A stretch of DNA of 52,605 nucleotides, taken from positions 1 through 52,605 of the IMG/VR virus record IMGVR_UViG_3300019926_000173. The stretch is one strand, 5' to 3'. This document shows, piece after piece, positions 9,507 through 18,743 of this stretch. Each line of letters opens with the position of its first letter. Positions within the stretch are counted from its first letter, which is position 1. Source of the DNA: a virus (lineage: Duplodnaviria > Caudoviricetes). The notes beneath the pieces were generated by a model, which saw only the letters and a program-made list of their open reading frames with translations, searched no databases and had not been told where the DNA came from. The translations under genes were made by a program, and so were the position numbers.

Positions 9507-9869
9507 TTAGGGTAGTGCCTCGACGACTTCTATTTCAATATACGTTCGTTTCTCGTTTGCAGGAATCGTCTCATCAACGTCGAACGTATCGGCCATCGCA
9601 CCGTTGTAGTCGATTCCAAATTCGGCATGGTAAATCCCTGTTCGGGTATCATCACCCTTCTTCCACGTATAGGCGAGCATCCCCTCTTCCGGTGGATCTC
9701 GGATAATTGCAGACGAGTCAATTGTATTTTCTGTGTCATTAATATGCTTCATCTTGAACCGTGCTGCTGCACCGGTCAGATCGACTGGATCCCCCTCTTC
9801 GTCGATCACCTGAATTTCTACCGCAGGCTCGGTGTCTCCTGGTTTGAGAATTATATCTGGTTTACTCAT
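9507..9869 (-). CDS. BppU N-terminal-like (Ig-fold) virion protein
   Basis: LKPGDTEPAVEIQV.DEEGDPVDLTGA..GMLAYTW..D..GIYHAEF..ETIP pattern. Confidence 0.7.
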   Translation of the reverse strand: MSKPDIILKPGDTEPAVEIQVIDEEGDPVDLTGAAARFKMKHINDTENTIDSSAIIRDPPEEGMLAYTWKKGDDTRTGIYHAEFGIDYNGAMADTFDVDETIPANEKRTYIEIEVVEALP

Positions 9870-9902
9870 GTGCGACAATACTGCAACAGCATGGACACCA
9901 AC

Positions 9903-12900
9903 TCACCAGTCTTCATCCGAAAGGATATTGATGTACTTCGGTTCCGTCGTGACCACAGTTCGATACTCATGGGACTCAATTTCGATATACTTGCGTGTGG
10001 CGTCAGTTGTCCGAACAGTCTCCCCGGCAGCCGTTTTCGTCGACGATGCTGACGTGATATGTCTGCTGTCGTATTCGGTTAGCTTCGACAGGTCGAGCGT
10101 TCTGACTCCTGGCGGGATATCCCACGACGCCGTCGAGCTCGTGGCAGACATATATTCCAAGAGTGCATCATCGATACTTTGCGAGAATCCGTGTCCGACA
10201 GGGGTGGCCTCGATCCGTATAATATTGCCCTGTGCACTGCCTGTCGTGACTGGACGGACGGAGATGGGTGTCCCAGTTTCATCGTGAACAATATCCGCAG
10301 TACTTCCGGCCGTCGTCGTTGCAGCGTTGAAGACAGACGCAATGATCTCGGTGATCGACTCGAGATCGATTGCTTCGGCAAACGGACTCGTCACATCAAC
10401 GACTGTTCCGGCGAACGACGCATCAGACTGGACACGGAGGGCAGTCGTCGCGTTAGCAGTAGCCGTTGACGTGGACGTGACGGCGACCGAGTCCGTTGTT
10501 TCCGTCCGAGGATCGTTCGTTAGTGGCGTACTCGTCGCCTGTTGTAGCTGGTCACTGGTGACGATATCAGTTGTTGCAGGATTCGTCGTTACAGTAGACT
10601 GAGTCGGGACAATCGTTGGCTCGATATCAGACGGGTGTGCATTGATTGTACTCGTACTGGCCGACGTTGCTCCGACTGTCACCGTCGTCGCCGTCTCCGG
10701 ATCTATCGTCCCACTCGAACTGACGGTGAACGTCGGCGACAGGGATGGCTGAATATGCGTCGTTGCATTATTCGCTGTCGTACGTGCCGTATTGATTGTC
10801 CCACCGCTTCCGGTTGTCGTCCCGAACGCGAGCTCGCTAAGTGCCATACTTTCTGCGAGATTCCCGTCGTTGAATCCAATAATTGGAGACGCAGTGTCGG
10901 GGATCCCCTCCGCGGATCCAATATCGACGACGGCTGTAATATGGGCTGTCGCATCCGTCGGTACTGATTCATTTGCCGTTGGATCGGCATTGAATAGTAT
11001 CTCGGTAATGGCGCCGACAGGTGACGCGGTTCCGTCTGTGCTGGGCGGGGATTCCGTCGTCGTCGTCCCACCATTTGCAGTGAACGTCGTCGCCTCGCTT
11101 GTCGTGATTGCTGGACCGGTTGCCACCGAAATTGTCGGCTGGATCGTTGCCGTTGCACTCCGTGTCTGCGTTGATGGATCAGTCGTTGTCGTCACAGGAT
11201 CTATCTGGAGCACCGACGACTGCGATATCGTCACTGGCTGACTCGTCGTTGTCGTCGTTATCGATGCATCAGAAATAGTATCCGAAGACATTGTACTGAG
11301 ACGACCAACACTGTCGAGGCGAGTCGTCGGTACTGTCGGACTGCCAGCACTTGTCTCCGGACCCGTCGCAGTGATTAGCGAAATCTTGCCGAAGGACTGA
11401 CTCGAGCTCGTCGACGTGATCGTACCGCCAGTCGCGGTTTTCGTCAGAATATTGGCTGCGGTTGCACGGATCGGAGCTGAAATTGATTCCGTCTGGTAGG
11501 CGTCATCTGTCGTCAACGTGTCTGGTGGAACAGTAGCCGTATTTGCCGTCGCAGTCTGTTGGACCGGTCCAGATACAGTCGTCGTTGTTGGGGCTACTGT
11601 CGCCGTATCCACTACTCCTGCAGATTGTACGGTTGCACTACTTGTGCTGGTCGTCACCTCGGCAGTGAATATTGTTGTGCCAGCAGTAGTCACCGATCCA
11701 GCAAACTGCGTTGCGACTGACGCGTCGGGCGTGATCGTTGCGTCTACCTCTGCGGTAGTGCTGACATCAGTCGTCACCGTAACTGGATCGATGAGAGATG
11801 CAGCGCCCGCAGTAGTCTGTACTGAGGCTGGGTCGGTAGTACTCGTTACGCCATCCCCGACCACATCTGCTCCAACTCCAAGCCCTGGCGTCCCGGTCGT
11901 CGTCGTTGTCAGACCGTTTGCACTATCGGTCGTGACTGATCCAGCAGGATTCTGTAGTGACGGTATCGAGACAGTGACAGGATTGGATTCGATGTCCGTA
12001 CTGCTCGAACTCACTGGTGCAGTGACGTGCTCGATGCCAGCAGACGCGTCTGTCCCGTTCGATGCAGTTGCCGTTACAGTCCCAGTACCAGTTACCGTCG
12101 TCCCCGGCATCGATACTGTCCCAGCACCAGCACTGGATTCAGCCGTACTCGGTGCGACTGTCGACGTCTGCGTCGTCCCAGTCGTTCCAGTCGCCGTTGC
12201 ACCGCTGGCTCGACCGGCAGTCGTGGTCGTCCCGATCGTTGGCGTTGCTGGCGTCGTCGTTCCACCACTCGGACCGGATCGGCCAACAAGACTGGCAATG
12301 CCCGGAAGTGGTGTCCCGATAGTATCTGTGGCAGACCCATCGAACGTCGAGGCGATACTGTCGGATACTGCTGCCGACGTCGCTGCTGTCGTCACAGACC
12401 CATTGATATTCGTCACAACAGGGTCGATGTCGATCGTCGACGCCGAGGCAGACTGGACGGATTGGGCTGAGACGGTAATCGTCAACCCGGTCGCCGTCGC
12501 GAACGTCGAGGTCGAGCTCGGCTTCGTGAGTCGCGCGGTCGTGTTCGTTGCAACCGATGGGGCTGACGGCAACCCCGTCGCTTGTGGGAGACTCGTCTGT
12601 ATTGCTGTTTGCGACGTCGTTGCTGTTGCGACAGTGCCTGTCCCTGTTCCAGGCGACTGAACGGGTGCCGTCGTTGCCGACGTACCTCCATTCGCAGTCC
12701 GCTGGCTCGCCGTTGCACCTGCCGTTGCATAGGAGTCAGTCGTTGCCGTCGTCGTTGCACTGCTGGTCGTGGGTCCAGTCGTCCCACTGCTGATGTCGTT
12801 CGCACTCGTCGTTGCAGTAATCGCCGAGGCTGATCCGACCTGCGTCGATGCTTGATTGTTCGAGACACCAGCTGTCGAGTCAGTAATCGGGGATGCGACA

Positions 12901-12974
12901 ACGTCGGTAGTCGACGCACTATCGGTAACTGTATCAGTATGAACGGCGCCGACGGTTGCATCAGCAGTTGGCAT
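9903..12974 (-). CDS. Thr/Ser/Ala-rich 1023-aa putative fibre or stalk protein
   Basis: Long low-complexity beta-rich ORF inside the structural cluster. Confidence 0.75.
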   Translation of the reverse strand: MPTADATVGAVHTDTVTDSASTTDVVASPITDSTAGVSNNQASTQVGSASAITATTSANDISSGTTGPTTSSATTTATTDSYATAGATASQRTANGGTSATTAPVQSPGTGTGTVATATTSQTAIQTSLPQATGLPSAPSVATNTTARLTKPSSTSTFATATGLTITVSAQSVQSASASTIDIDPVVTNINGSVTTAATSAAVSDSIASTFDGSATDTIGTPLPGIASLVGRSGPSGGTTTPATPTIGTTTTAGRASGATATGTTGTTQTSTVAPSTAESSAGAGTVSMPGTTVTGTGTVTATASNGTDASAGIEHVTAPVSSSSTDIESNPVTVSIPSLQNPAGSVTTDSANGLTTTTTGTPGLGVGADVVGDGVTSTTDPASVQTTAGAASLIDPVTVTTDVSTTAEVDATITPDASVATQFAGSVTTAGTTIFTAEVTTSTSSATVQSAGVVDTATVAPTTTTVSGPVQQTATANTATVPPDTLTTDDAYQTESISAPIRATAANILTKTATGGTITSTSSSQSFGKISLITATGPETSAGSPTVPTTRLDSVGRLSTMSSDTISDASITTTTTSQPVTISQSSVLQIDPVTTTTDPSTQTRSATATIQPTISVATGPAITTSEATTFTANGGTTTTESPPSTDGTASPVGAITEILFNADPTANESVPTDATAHITAVVDIGSAEGIPDTASPIIGFNDGNLAESMALSELAFGTTTGSGGTINTARTTANNATTHIQPSLSPTFTVSSSGTIDPETATTVTVGATSASTSTINAHPSDIEPTIVPTQSTVTTNPATTDIVTSDQLQQATSTPLTNDPRTETTDSVAVTSTSTATANATTALRVQSDASFAGTVVDVTSPFAEAIDLESITEIIASVFNAATTTAGSTADIVHDETGTPISVRPVTTGSAQGNIIRIEATPVGHGFSQSIDDALLEYMSATSSTASWDIPPGVRTLDLSKLTEYDSRHITSASSTKTAAGETVRTTDATRKYIEIESHEYRTVVTTEPKYINILSDEDW

Positions 12975-12986
12975 AGTGAAAGTAGC

Positions 12987-13571
12987 TTATTTTGGCGTCA
13001 CACGGCGAACTGTATAGTAATAGGCCGTATCGGTATTGATCCCAGTATCAGTGTAGGACGTCGTATTGACTCCGATCCCGTCTGCGATCTTCGTGCCGGT
13101 GGATGTTGGGTCAGTTGAACGGAAGATCTCGAATTCACCCTCGGAATTATCATCCTGTTTTGTCCACGAGAGATCGACTTGTCCTTCCGTAGTCGGATCG
13201 ATTGTGACATTCGATGGCGGGAGTAGCGTCGTCACACTCGTTGCTTCGTTGGTCGGATCACTCTCGCCAGTATTATTCGATGCCGTGACGCGGTAGTGAT
13301 ATTCTTTCCCGCTTATGAGCGATGTATCCTCGTATATCGTTGTATTCTCCCCAATATCAGTCACTTTCGTATAGTCGCCGACGGAGGAGCCATTACTCGT
13401 CGACCGGTATATATTGAACGCATTTTCAGCCGTCGAATTATCCTGCCATTCGATCTTGATCGCGTCAGAATTAGTCGTACTGATGATCAAATTCGTCGGG
13501 CTGATTGGAATCCGACCGACGTTCGTCGAGCCAAGCGGGCTGCCACCATACGGATTTGCGCCAAGTGCCAT
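12987..13571 (-). CDS. Fibronectin type III repeat protein (2 FN3)
   Basis: PTNL..IKIEWQDNS..FNIYRS..YEDT.L..YHYRVTA.N..GES; second FN3 ending YYYTVR. Confidence 0.85.
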   Translation of the reverse strand: MALGANPYGGSPLGSTNVGRIPISPTNLIISTTNSDAIKIEWQDNSTAENAFNIYRSTSNGSSVGDYTKVTDIGENTTIYEDTSLISGKEYHYRVTASNNTGESDPTNEATSVTTLLPPSNVTIDPTTEGQVDLSWTKQDDNSEGEFEIFRSTDPTSTGTKIADGIGVNTTSYTDTGINTDTAYYYTVRRVTPK

Positions 13572-13574
13572 AGA

Positions 13575-14276
13575 TTAGAGTGAGGAATTTTCGTTGAGTT
13601 CGCCAGTTAAGCGCAAATCATCATTAATCCCAACGTATGACCGACTACCATCGTAAATATCATTTCCACCCATGTTGAGTGATCCAGTCATCGTATCTCC
13701 GCCGGATTGGACGAAGTCAGAGCCGTGGTAGCCGTCAACAGTGTCGGCGTTATCAGTCTCGTAGGCACTGACTGAGCGTGCAGTGATCGTAAGGACTGAT
13801 TCCTTATTTTTCATTGTCGCCGTCCCATTATTTGCGTACTGATACGTCTGAACTCGTAATGTATCTCCTGCTGAGACTGAAATTGTCTCTGCAAGATGAT
13901 TAGAAGCCTCATGATGACCGGTTGCATCACGAGCATATCCACTCAACCCCCTGGCATTGCGTCCATTTCCGTTAATAGAAAAGCGAATTCCAGGGTTGCT
14001 TCGGTAACTTGTGACGTCATATGCGATCGTTGTATCGACGTGGTACACGCCAGATTCAGTGAATGTAATCTGTCCCGGTGACCCCGATGGGTCGTGTGCG
14101 TACGGTGTGTCAATCAACTTCTGGACGTCCCATGGAATCGTTGTCCAGGAACTCTGATTGATATTCGTCGATGTGTCCGTGCTGGTGAATGATGCAATAC
14201 CTGGCGTCCCAGATGCTCGCATTCTGCCGGTGACTTCCAGGTCGCCAAAGATCGTTGAACTAGAAAGATTTGCCAT
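13575..14276 (-). CDS. Fibre-like protein with C1q/TNF-like head
   Basis: WTTIPWD..ITFTESGVYHVDTTI..VSAGDTLRVQ; NADTVDGYHGSDF fibre motif. Confidence 0.7.
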   Translation of the reverse strand: MANLSSSTIFGDLEVTGRMRASGTPGIASFTSTDTSTNINQSSWTTIPWDVQKLIDTPYAHDPSGSPGQITFTESGVYHVDTTIAYDVTSYRSNPGIRFSINGNGRNARGLSGYARDATGHHEASNHLAETISVSAGDTLRVQTYQYANNGTATMKNKESVLTITARSVSAYETDNADTVDGYHGSDFVQSGGDTMTGSLNMGGNDIYDGSRSYVGINDDLRLTGELNENSSL

Positions 14277-14375
14277 AGTAGAATAGTCCGCTATCGTGTA
14301 TTTGAGAGAAAATGATGTCGTGTTGCGTTTGCCTTTTCGTAGATGTGGGAATTGTGTATATATTCAGGAGAGTTC

Positions 14376-14591
14376 CTACAGCGAGGAATTCTCTGTGAGT
14401 TCACCACTGATACGAAGATCCTCGTCGATATCGACGTTGGATCCGCTATTGTTCTGGATTTGATTTCCGTTTGTATCGATAACCCCACCCTCGACGTCGA
14501 TTCCATTTTTGACAGTAAGTGTACCGTTGATGACGGCACTCCCGACTGCCTTGAGCTTGCCATAGATTGTTGTTGCAGAGAGATTTGCCAT
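14376..14591 (-). CDS. Minimal paralogue of 13575-14276
   Basis: Shares MANLSxxTIxG start and DLRxxGELxENSSL end. Confidence 0.75.
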   Translation of the reverse strand: MANLSATTIYGKLKAVGSAVINGTLTVKNGIDVEGGVIDTNGNQIQNNSGSNVDIDEDLRISGELTENSSL

Positions 14592-14592
14592 A

Positions 14593-15723
14593 TTAGAGTA
14601 ACTCGTCGAACGTCTCTTTCGAGAGAACGTTGCCGTCTTGTGTCTGTATCATCTGTTGATTCTGTCGCGGATTTGTGATCGCGTAGAGTTGTGCGACTTC
14701 TGCATCGGAGAGAGCGCGGTTGTAGAGGCGGACGTCCTGGATTTTACCTTCATAGTACCTGTCATCGTTATGTTCACGTCGCCCTATTGTGTCGAGAACT
14801 GCAATATTATTTTCTATATTTGACGATTCAGTATTGTCTATTGTTCCATCCACATATGTTTTTACTGTAGATGATGTACCTACAATTGAAGCAAAATACC
14901 AATTTCCTGTAGAAATTGTAGCATTGCTATCCCTCCACCCATTTGAGTCCCACCATGTGATGCTGCTATCTCGGACACCAAAGTGTGAAAGTGGAGTCCA
15001 TCCATCTGGATGTTGATTATGTATTCCTGTAATATGTTTAATATTGCTAACATGTGTTGGTCTGATCCAACAACTTAATGCCCACGTTGAACTGTTTGAT
15101 TCACCAACATCTACTGAAATATAACTTGAAGATCCATCAAAACTGTACGCACTCTGCCCAAGCCCGGAAGTAATAGTCGCACCGTTGTTCGTCCCGTTGT
15201 TCGCATTTCTCGAGTGATCGTTTGTGTCGCCATCCAGAGGCCACCATCCAATAAGTGCCTCCGGAGCAGGGCCGACTTCGTTGTGCTTTCCTCCAACAGT
15301 CCCTTCGCGTGCGACAGAGAACTTGTTTGGACGAGTCACTGATGCCGTGACCGGGCCATCGCCACTCGGCTCGTACCGTTCAGCGAGTGCGTGCCCGCCT
15401 TTGACTGTGATGAATCCCCAGTTATTCCGATCATTCTCTGCAGCAACATCATCTATTTTCTTACTCCCGAGTTCCTGCAGTTTTGTAACGCCGTTTGGCT
15501 CAATTCGTGCGCCGTGATCGTTGATCGCAAAGAGTAGGATATGGCCAGTTTGGGCAGTCTCGATGAAGGAGACGAGCGCATCCGTTGCAGTTGTCGGGCT
15601 GCCGTAGGTGTCGAAGTTATCGGTCTTTATTTTGTTCCCACGCTTGTCGATCTCGAGAGCATTGATTCCGCGACCGTGTGCGCCAATGTCGTTGCCATTG
15701 ACCCTGAGTGCATTCTGTCCCAT
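14593..15723 (-). CDS. ILEI-like plus LamG domain protein (C-terminal half of a split adhesin)
   Basis: GRGINALEID..FDTYG..LGS..WGFI.KG (ILEI/PANDER-like), then GWWPLDG..IQDVRLYNRALS. Confidence 0.8.
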   Translation of the reverse strand: MGQNALRVNGNDIGAHGRGINALEIDKRGNKIKTDNFDTYGSPTTATDALVSFIETAQTGHILLFAINDHGARIEPNGVTKLQELGSKKIDDVAAENDRNNWGFITVKGGHALAERYEPSGDGPVTASVTRPNKFSVAREGTVGGKHNEVGPAPEALIGWWPLDGDTNDHSRNANNGTNNGATITSGLGQSAYSFDGSSSYISVDVGESNSSTWALSCWIRPTHVSNIKHITGIHNQHPDGWTPLSHFGVRDSSITWWDSNGWRDSNATISTGNWYFASIVGTSSTVKTYVDGTIDNTESSNIENNIAVLDTIGRREHNDDRYYEGKIQDVRLYNRALSDAEVAQLYAITNPRQNQQMIQTQDGNVLSKETFDELL

Positions 15724-15725
15724 CG

Positions 15726-18700
15726 TTAGAGTAACTCGCTGAACTGCTCTTTTGCCAGGACGCTGCCGTCCTGTGTTTGCAGTAACTGCTGATCTTCTCG
15801 CGGATCCGTCATCGCGTAGAGCTGTGCGACTTCTGCATCGGAGAGGGCGCGGTCGTATATCCGTCCGTCCTGCACATCACCTGCGTAGAACTCCTCCTCG
15901 CCCGCACGAGAACCTATCACAAAATCTGCGCCTGACGACGCAAGTGATGACCCACTTAATGATGCGGATGTCTGCTCAACACCGTCTATATAGAGTCGGA
16001 TAGTAGAACCGTCCCATGTACCAACAACGTGTGTCCAGATATTATCTATATTTGTGTTGACCCTATTTGATGAGCCACCTTCATCGATGTATAGATATAC
16101 GTCACCACTATTTATCCATATTCTATAATTATCATTAGTGTTCGGGTCTCCCTTACCGAATGCGTCTTGTCTTCCGCCACCAGAATCGCTTGGATTTAGC
16201 CAAACAGATAATGTGATTGAATCACCAAAGTTTGACACGTCTAAAGCTGGCGGGTCGCCACAATTAATATAATCAGAGCTACCGTTGAAATTATACGCAC
16301 TCTGACCCAATCCACTACTAATAGATACACCATCGAAACTGTAACCATTTTCAGTATGCCAATCATATATAAACGTATCTGCTAATATTACAGGGTCAGA
16401 CCTATTCAAATCATCGTCAGCGACCATCCTCACATATGCCGTTTCCTCATTACCTCTTACCTCTGATTGGCCCTCACAATTAGAATCAGAATGGTCTCCA
16501 CAAGATACCCAATGCTCTGAACTATCATCACCCTTGTCAGCTGTCCAACATAATTCGTTGTCATAGCCACACCCAGTACCTCTTGTAGCATCATTTTCCA
16601 TCTCCGCCTTTGTGGGTAATCTCCCACCTTGGTCATGCGCGTGTTGTAGTGCTTCTTCGAATGTCACTTTTCCAGAACACGGGTCAGTCTCACCACCAGT
16701 ACTGTTATACCCACTACCTTGGCCATCCCATCCTAAATCAGATGAGCTGCTTGGTGATATATAATCAAGGGATTTCACTCCATCATTTCCGTTCTCGGAG
16801 TAGTCGTTCGTATTTCCATCGAGGGGCCACCACCCAACGAGCGAGTCTGGTGCTGGCCCGACCTCGTTGATGTCTGGGCCAACGAACTCCCCGTTTTGCG
16901 AGATGGACTGGCCGTTGATCTTGATCTGGTCGAATCTACAGTAATTAGCTGACCCGTAGCCAGCTCCGGTAAATCGGATTGATTTCACGCCCGTACTATT
17001 GTCGAGCCCAGTAGTCCCTGTTCGACGGACGTTGCCGTTGAGATCGTACATCTCGTAGTCGTACTGCCCGTTTTCCCAGTCGAAGTCAAACCGGAACCGC
17101 GTCCAGACGTTGTACCCTTGTCCATCGTATCCTGCCACACTATAGCGACCGCCTGAGCCATTGTTGAGATACCACTGCGGATTCTCAGTACCAGATTCCT
17201 GGACTTCGTTCCCATTCCCATCAAGTAGAATGACGACATGGCCAGTCTGGGACCCATCTTCCTTCCAGACGTATTCAAATGAATCAATCTGACGCTCCTG
17301 GTCGAAGACGTTCCACGTTGCCTCTAGGCCACCATCGTTCCAGGATCCGAATGAATAGTCACCACTGTACGATCGATTGCTGGATATCGTTCCGGTACTC
17401 ACGTTCCACTGTGAGTCTGTTGTACCTGATTCGAATGACTCACGAGCGCCGTCAGTCAGTTCGTGACCGTGCGTCGTTCCACCAGCATCGATGCTGGCTC
17501 GTTGTTGGTAGATCTCTTTGACGTCAGTAGCTGAGAGCCCTCTATTGTATATACGGAAATCAGACAGAGCACCATTCAACCAATCATCTGGACCGGTACT
17601 ACCACTTTGGGATCCGGCTTCACTTCCGACTCCAATATGTGTATACGATCTATTTCCAGAACCAACGCCCGAATTATAGTGACTCTCCTCGGAATCTAAT
17701 TCGCCGTCGATGTAGATTTTATGATCATTTGACAGACTGGTATCGAACACACCGACTATGTGGTGCCAATTTCCATCCTGGATTTCTGAGCGACTGGCTG
17801 AACTTACCATGTCTGAACTATACACTGTCCATTGGACGCCGTTTTCACTGTCTGACCCAACACCAAGTCGCCAATACTCATTTCTGTCCGATGCAGCTAT
17901 TATCTGATCTACAGAAGATGACGAGTTGTACCAGGTCGAAACTGTGACCTCGGATAGCGACGTCGTATTATACGAAAGCGATGACCCAATGAAATCACCA
18001 CTTCCATTAAACGAATATGCGCCGGACCCGATCGCAGAGTCGGTCGTATACGTCGGCCCGTTCAGTGTACCATCGTTGCCCTGGCCAGACGCATCGGTGA
18101 CGTCGCCATCTTGATTGAATTTGTAGTGGAGGATCTTCCCGCGAGACAGCTGTGCGACTTCCTTTTCTGAGAGGATGTGATCGTAGAGCCGGACGTCGTC
18201 GATCTTGCCAATGAAATGTCCGCCACTAATATCACCGTCGCCCTCAGTATTTCCACCAATGACGTATGGCCGTGCAGTCGTAGTATTGTCCACCCCACCC
18301 GTGGAAACGAGTTCTCCATTGATGAATGCTCTCGACGTGTTTGACCCCTGGTCGACAGTCATCGCGAAGTGATGCCACTCGTTGACAGCGACTGATCCAA
18401 CATTCGTTGCCCGGTATAGTGTCAGATTTTGATTCCCATTCTGTGTTTGGTCGATACAAAGCGTTGGATACTCGGATGCGTCTCGTGCAAGGATTCGCTC
18501 TACTGTGTATCCAGACGACGTACTCGTCGATTTGAACCAAAGTGAAAATGAATATACGTCCTCATATTCTGTAAAATCGTCGTGTCGAATTAGCTCAATC
18601 CCAGTTCCATTATCTGACGTATTATCGTAGCACTGGCCGAGCTTTCCACTACCGTATTGGACATTTCCGGATTCATAGGTCGGGAATTCTCCAACCTTCT

Positions 18701-18743
18701 TCTCTGCACTCCCGTCGAGAGGCCACCAGCCAACAAGACTCAT
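15726..18743 (-). CDS. Multi-LamG (concanavalin-like) adhesin, 1005 aa
   Basis: Three WWPLDG/HYKFN..D.R.Y..ALS LamG units plus inserted domains. Confidence 0.9.
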   Translation of the reverse strand: MSLVGWWPLDGSAEKKVGEFPTYESGNVQYGSGKLGQCYDNTSDNGTGIELIRHDDFTEYEDVYSFSLWFKSTSTSSGYTVERILARDASEYPTLCIDQTQNGNQNLTLYRATNVGSVAVNEWHHFAMTVDQGSNTSRAFINGELVSTGGVDNTTTARPYVIGGNTEGDGDISGGHFIGKIDDVRLYDHILSEKEVAQLSRGKILHYKFNQDGDVTDASGQGNDGTLNGPTYTTDSAIGSGAYSFNGSGDFIGSSLSYNTTSLSEVTVSTWYNSSSSVDQIIAASDRNEYWRLGVGSDSENGVQWTVYSSDMVSSASRSEIQDGNWHHIVGVFDTSLSNDHKIYIDGELDSEESHYNSGVGSGNRSYTHIGVGSEAGSQSGSTGPDDWLNGALSDFRIYNRGLSATDVKEIYQQRASIDAGGTTHGHELTDGARESFESGTTDSQWNVSTGTISSNRSYSGDYSFGSWNDGGLEATWNVFDQERQIDSFEYVWKEDGSQTGHVVILLDGNGNEVQESGTENPQWYLNNGSGGRYSVAGYDGQGYNVWTRFRFDFDWENGQYDYEMYDLNGNVRRTGTTGLDNSTGVKSIRFTGAGYGSANYCRFDQIKINGQSISQNGEFVGPDINEVGPAPDSLVGWWPLDGNTNDYSENGNDGVKSLDYISPSSSSDLGWDGQGSGYNSTGGETDPCSGKVTFEEALQHAHDQGGRLPTKAEMENDATRGTGCGYDNELCWTADKGDDSSEHWVSCGDHSDSNCEGQSEVRGNEETAYVRMVADDDLNRSDPVILADTFIYDWHTENGYSFDGVSISSGLGQSAYNFNGSSDYINCGDPPALDVSNFGDSITLSVWLNPSDSGGGRQDAFGKGDPNTNDNYRIWINSGDVYLYIDEGGSSNRVNTNIDNIWTHVVGTWDGSTIRLYIDGVEQTSASLSGSSLASSGADFVIGSRAGEEEFYAGDVQDGRIYDRALSDAEVAQLYAMTDPREDQQLLQTQDGSVLAKEQFSELL

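Noticed and set aside
11518-12660. 380-aa plus-strand ORF and similar long antisense ORFs (4466-5134, 6811-7617, 30624-31895)
   Set aside because: Shadow frames of GC-rich or low-complexity sequence, with non-halophilic composition
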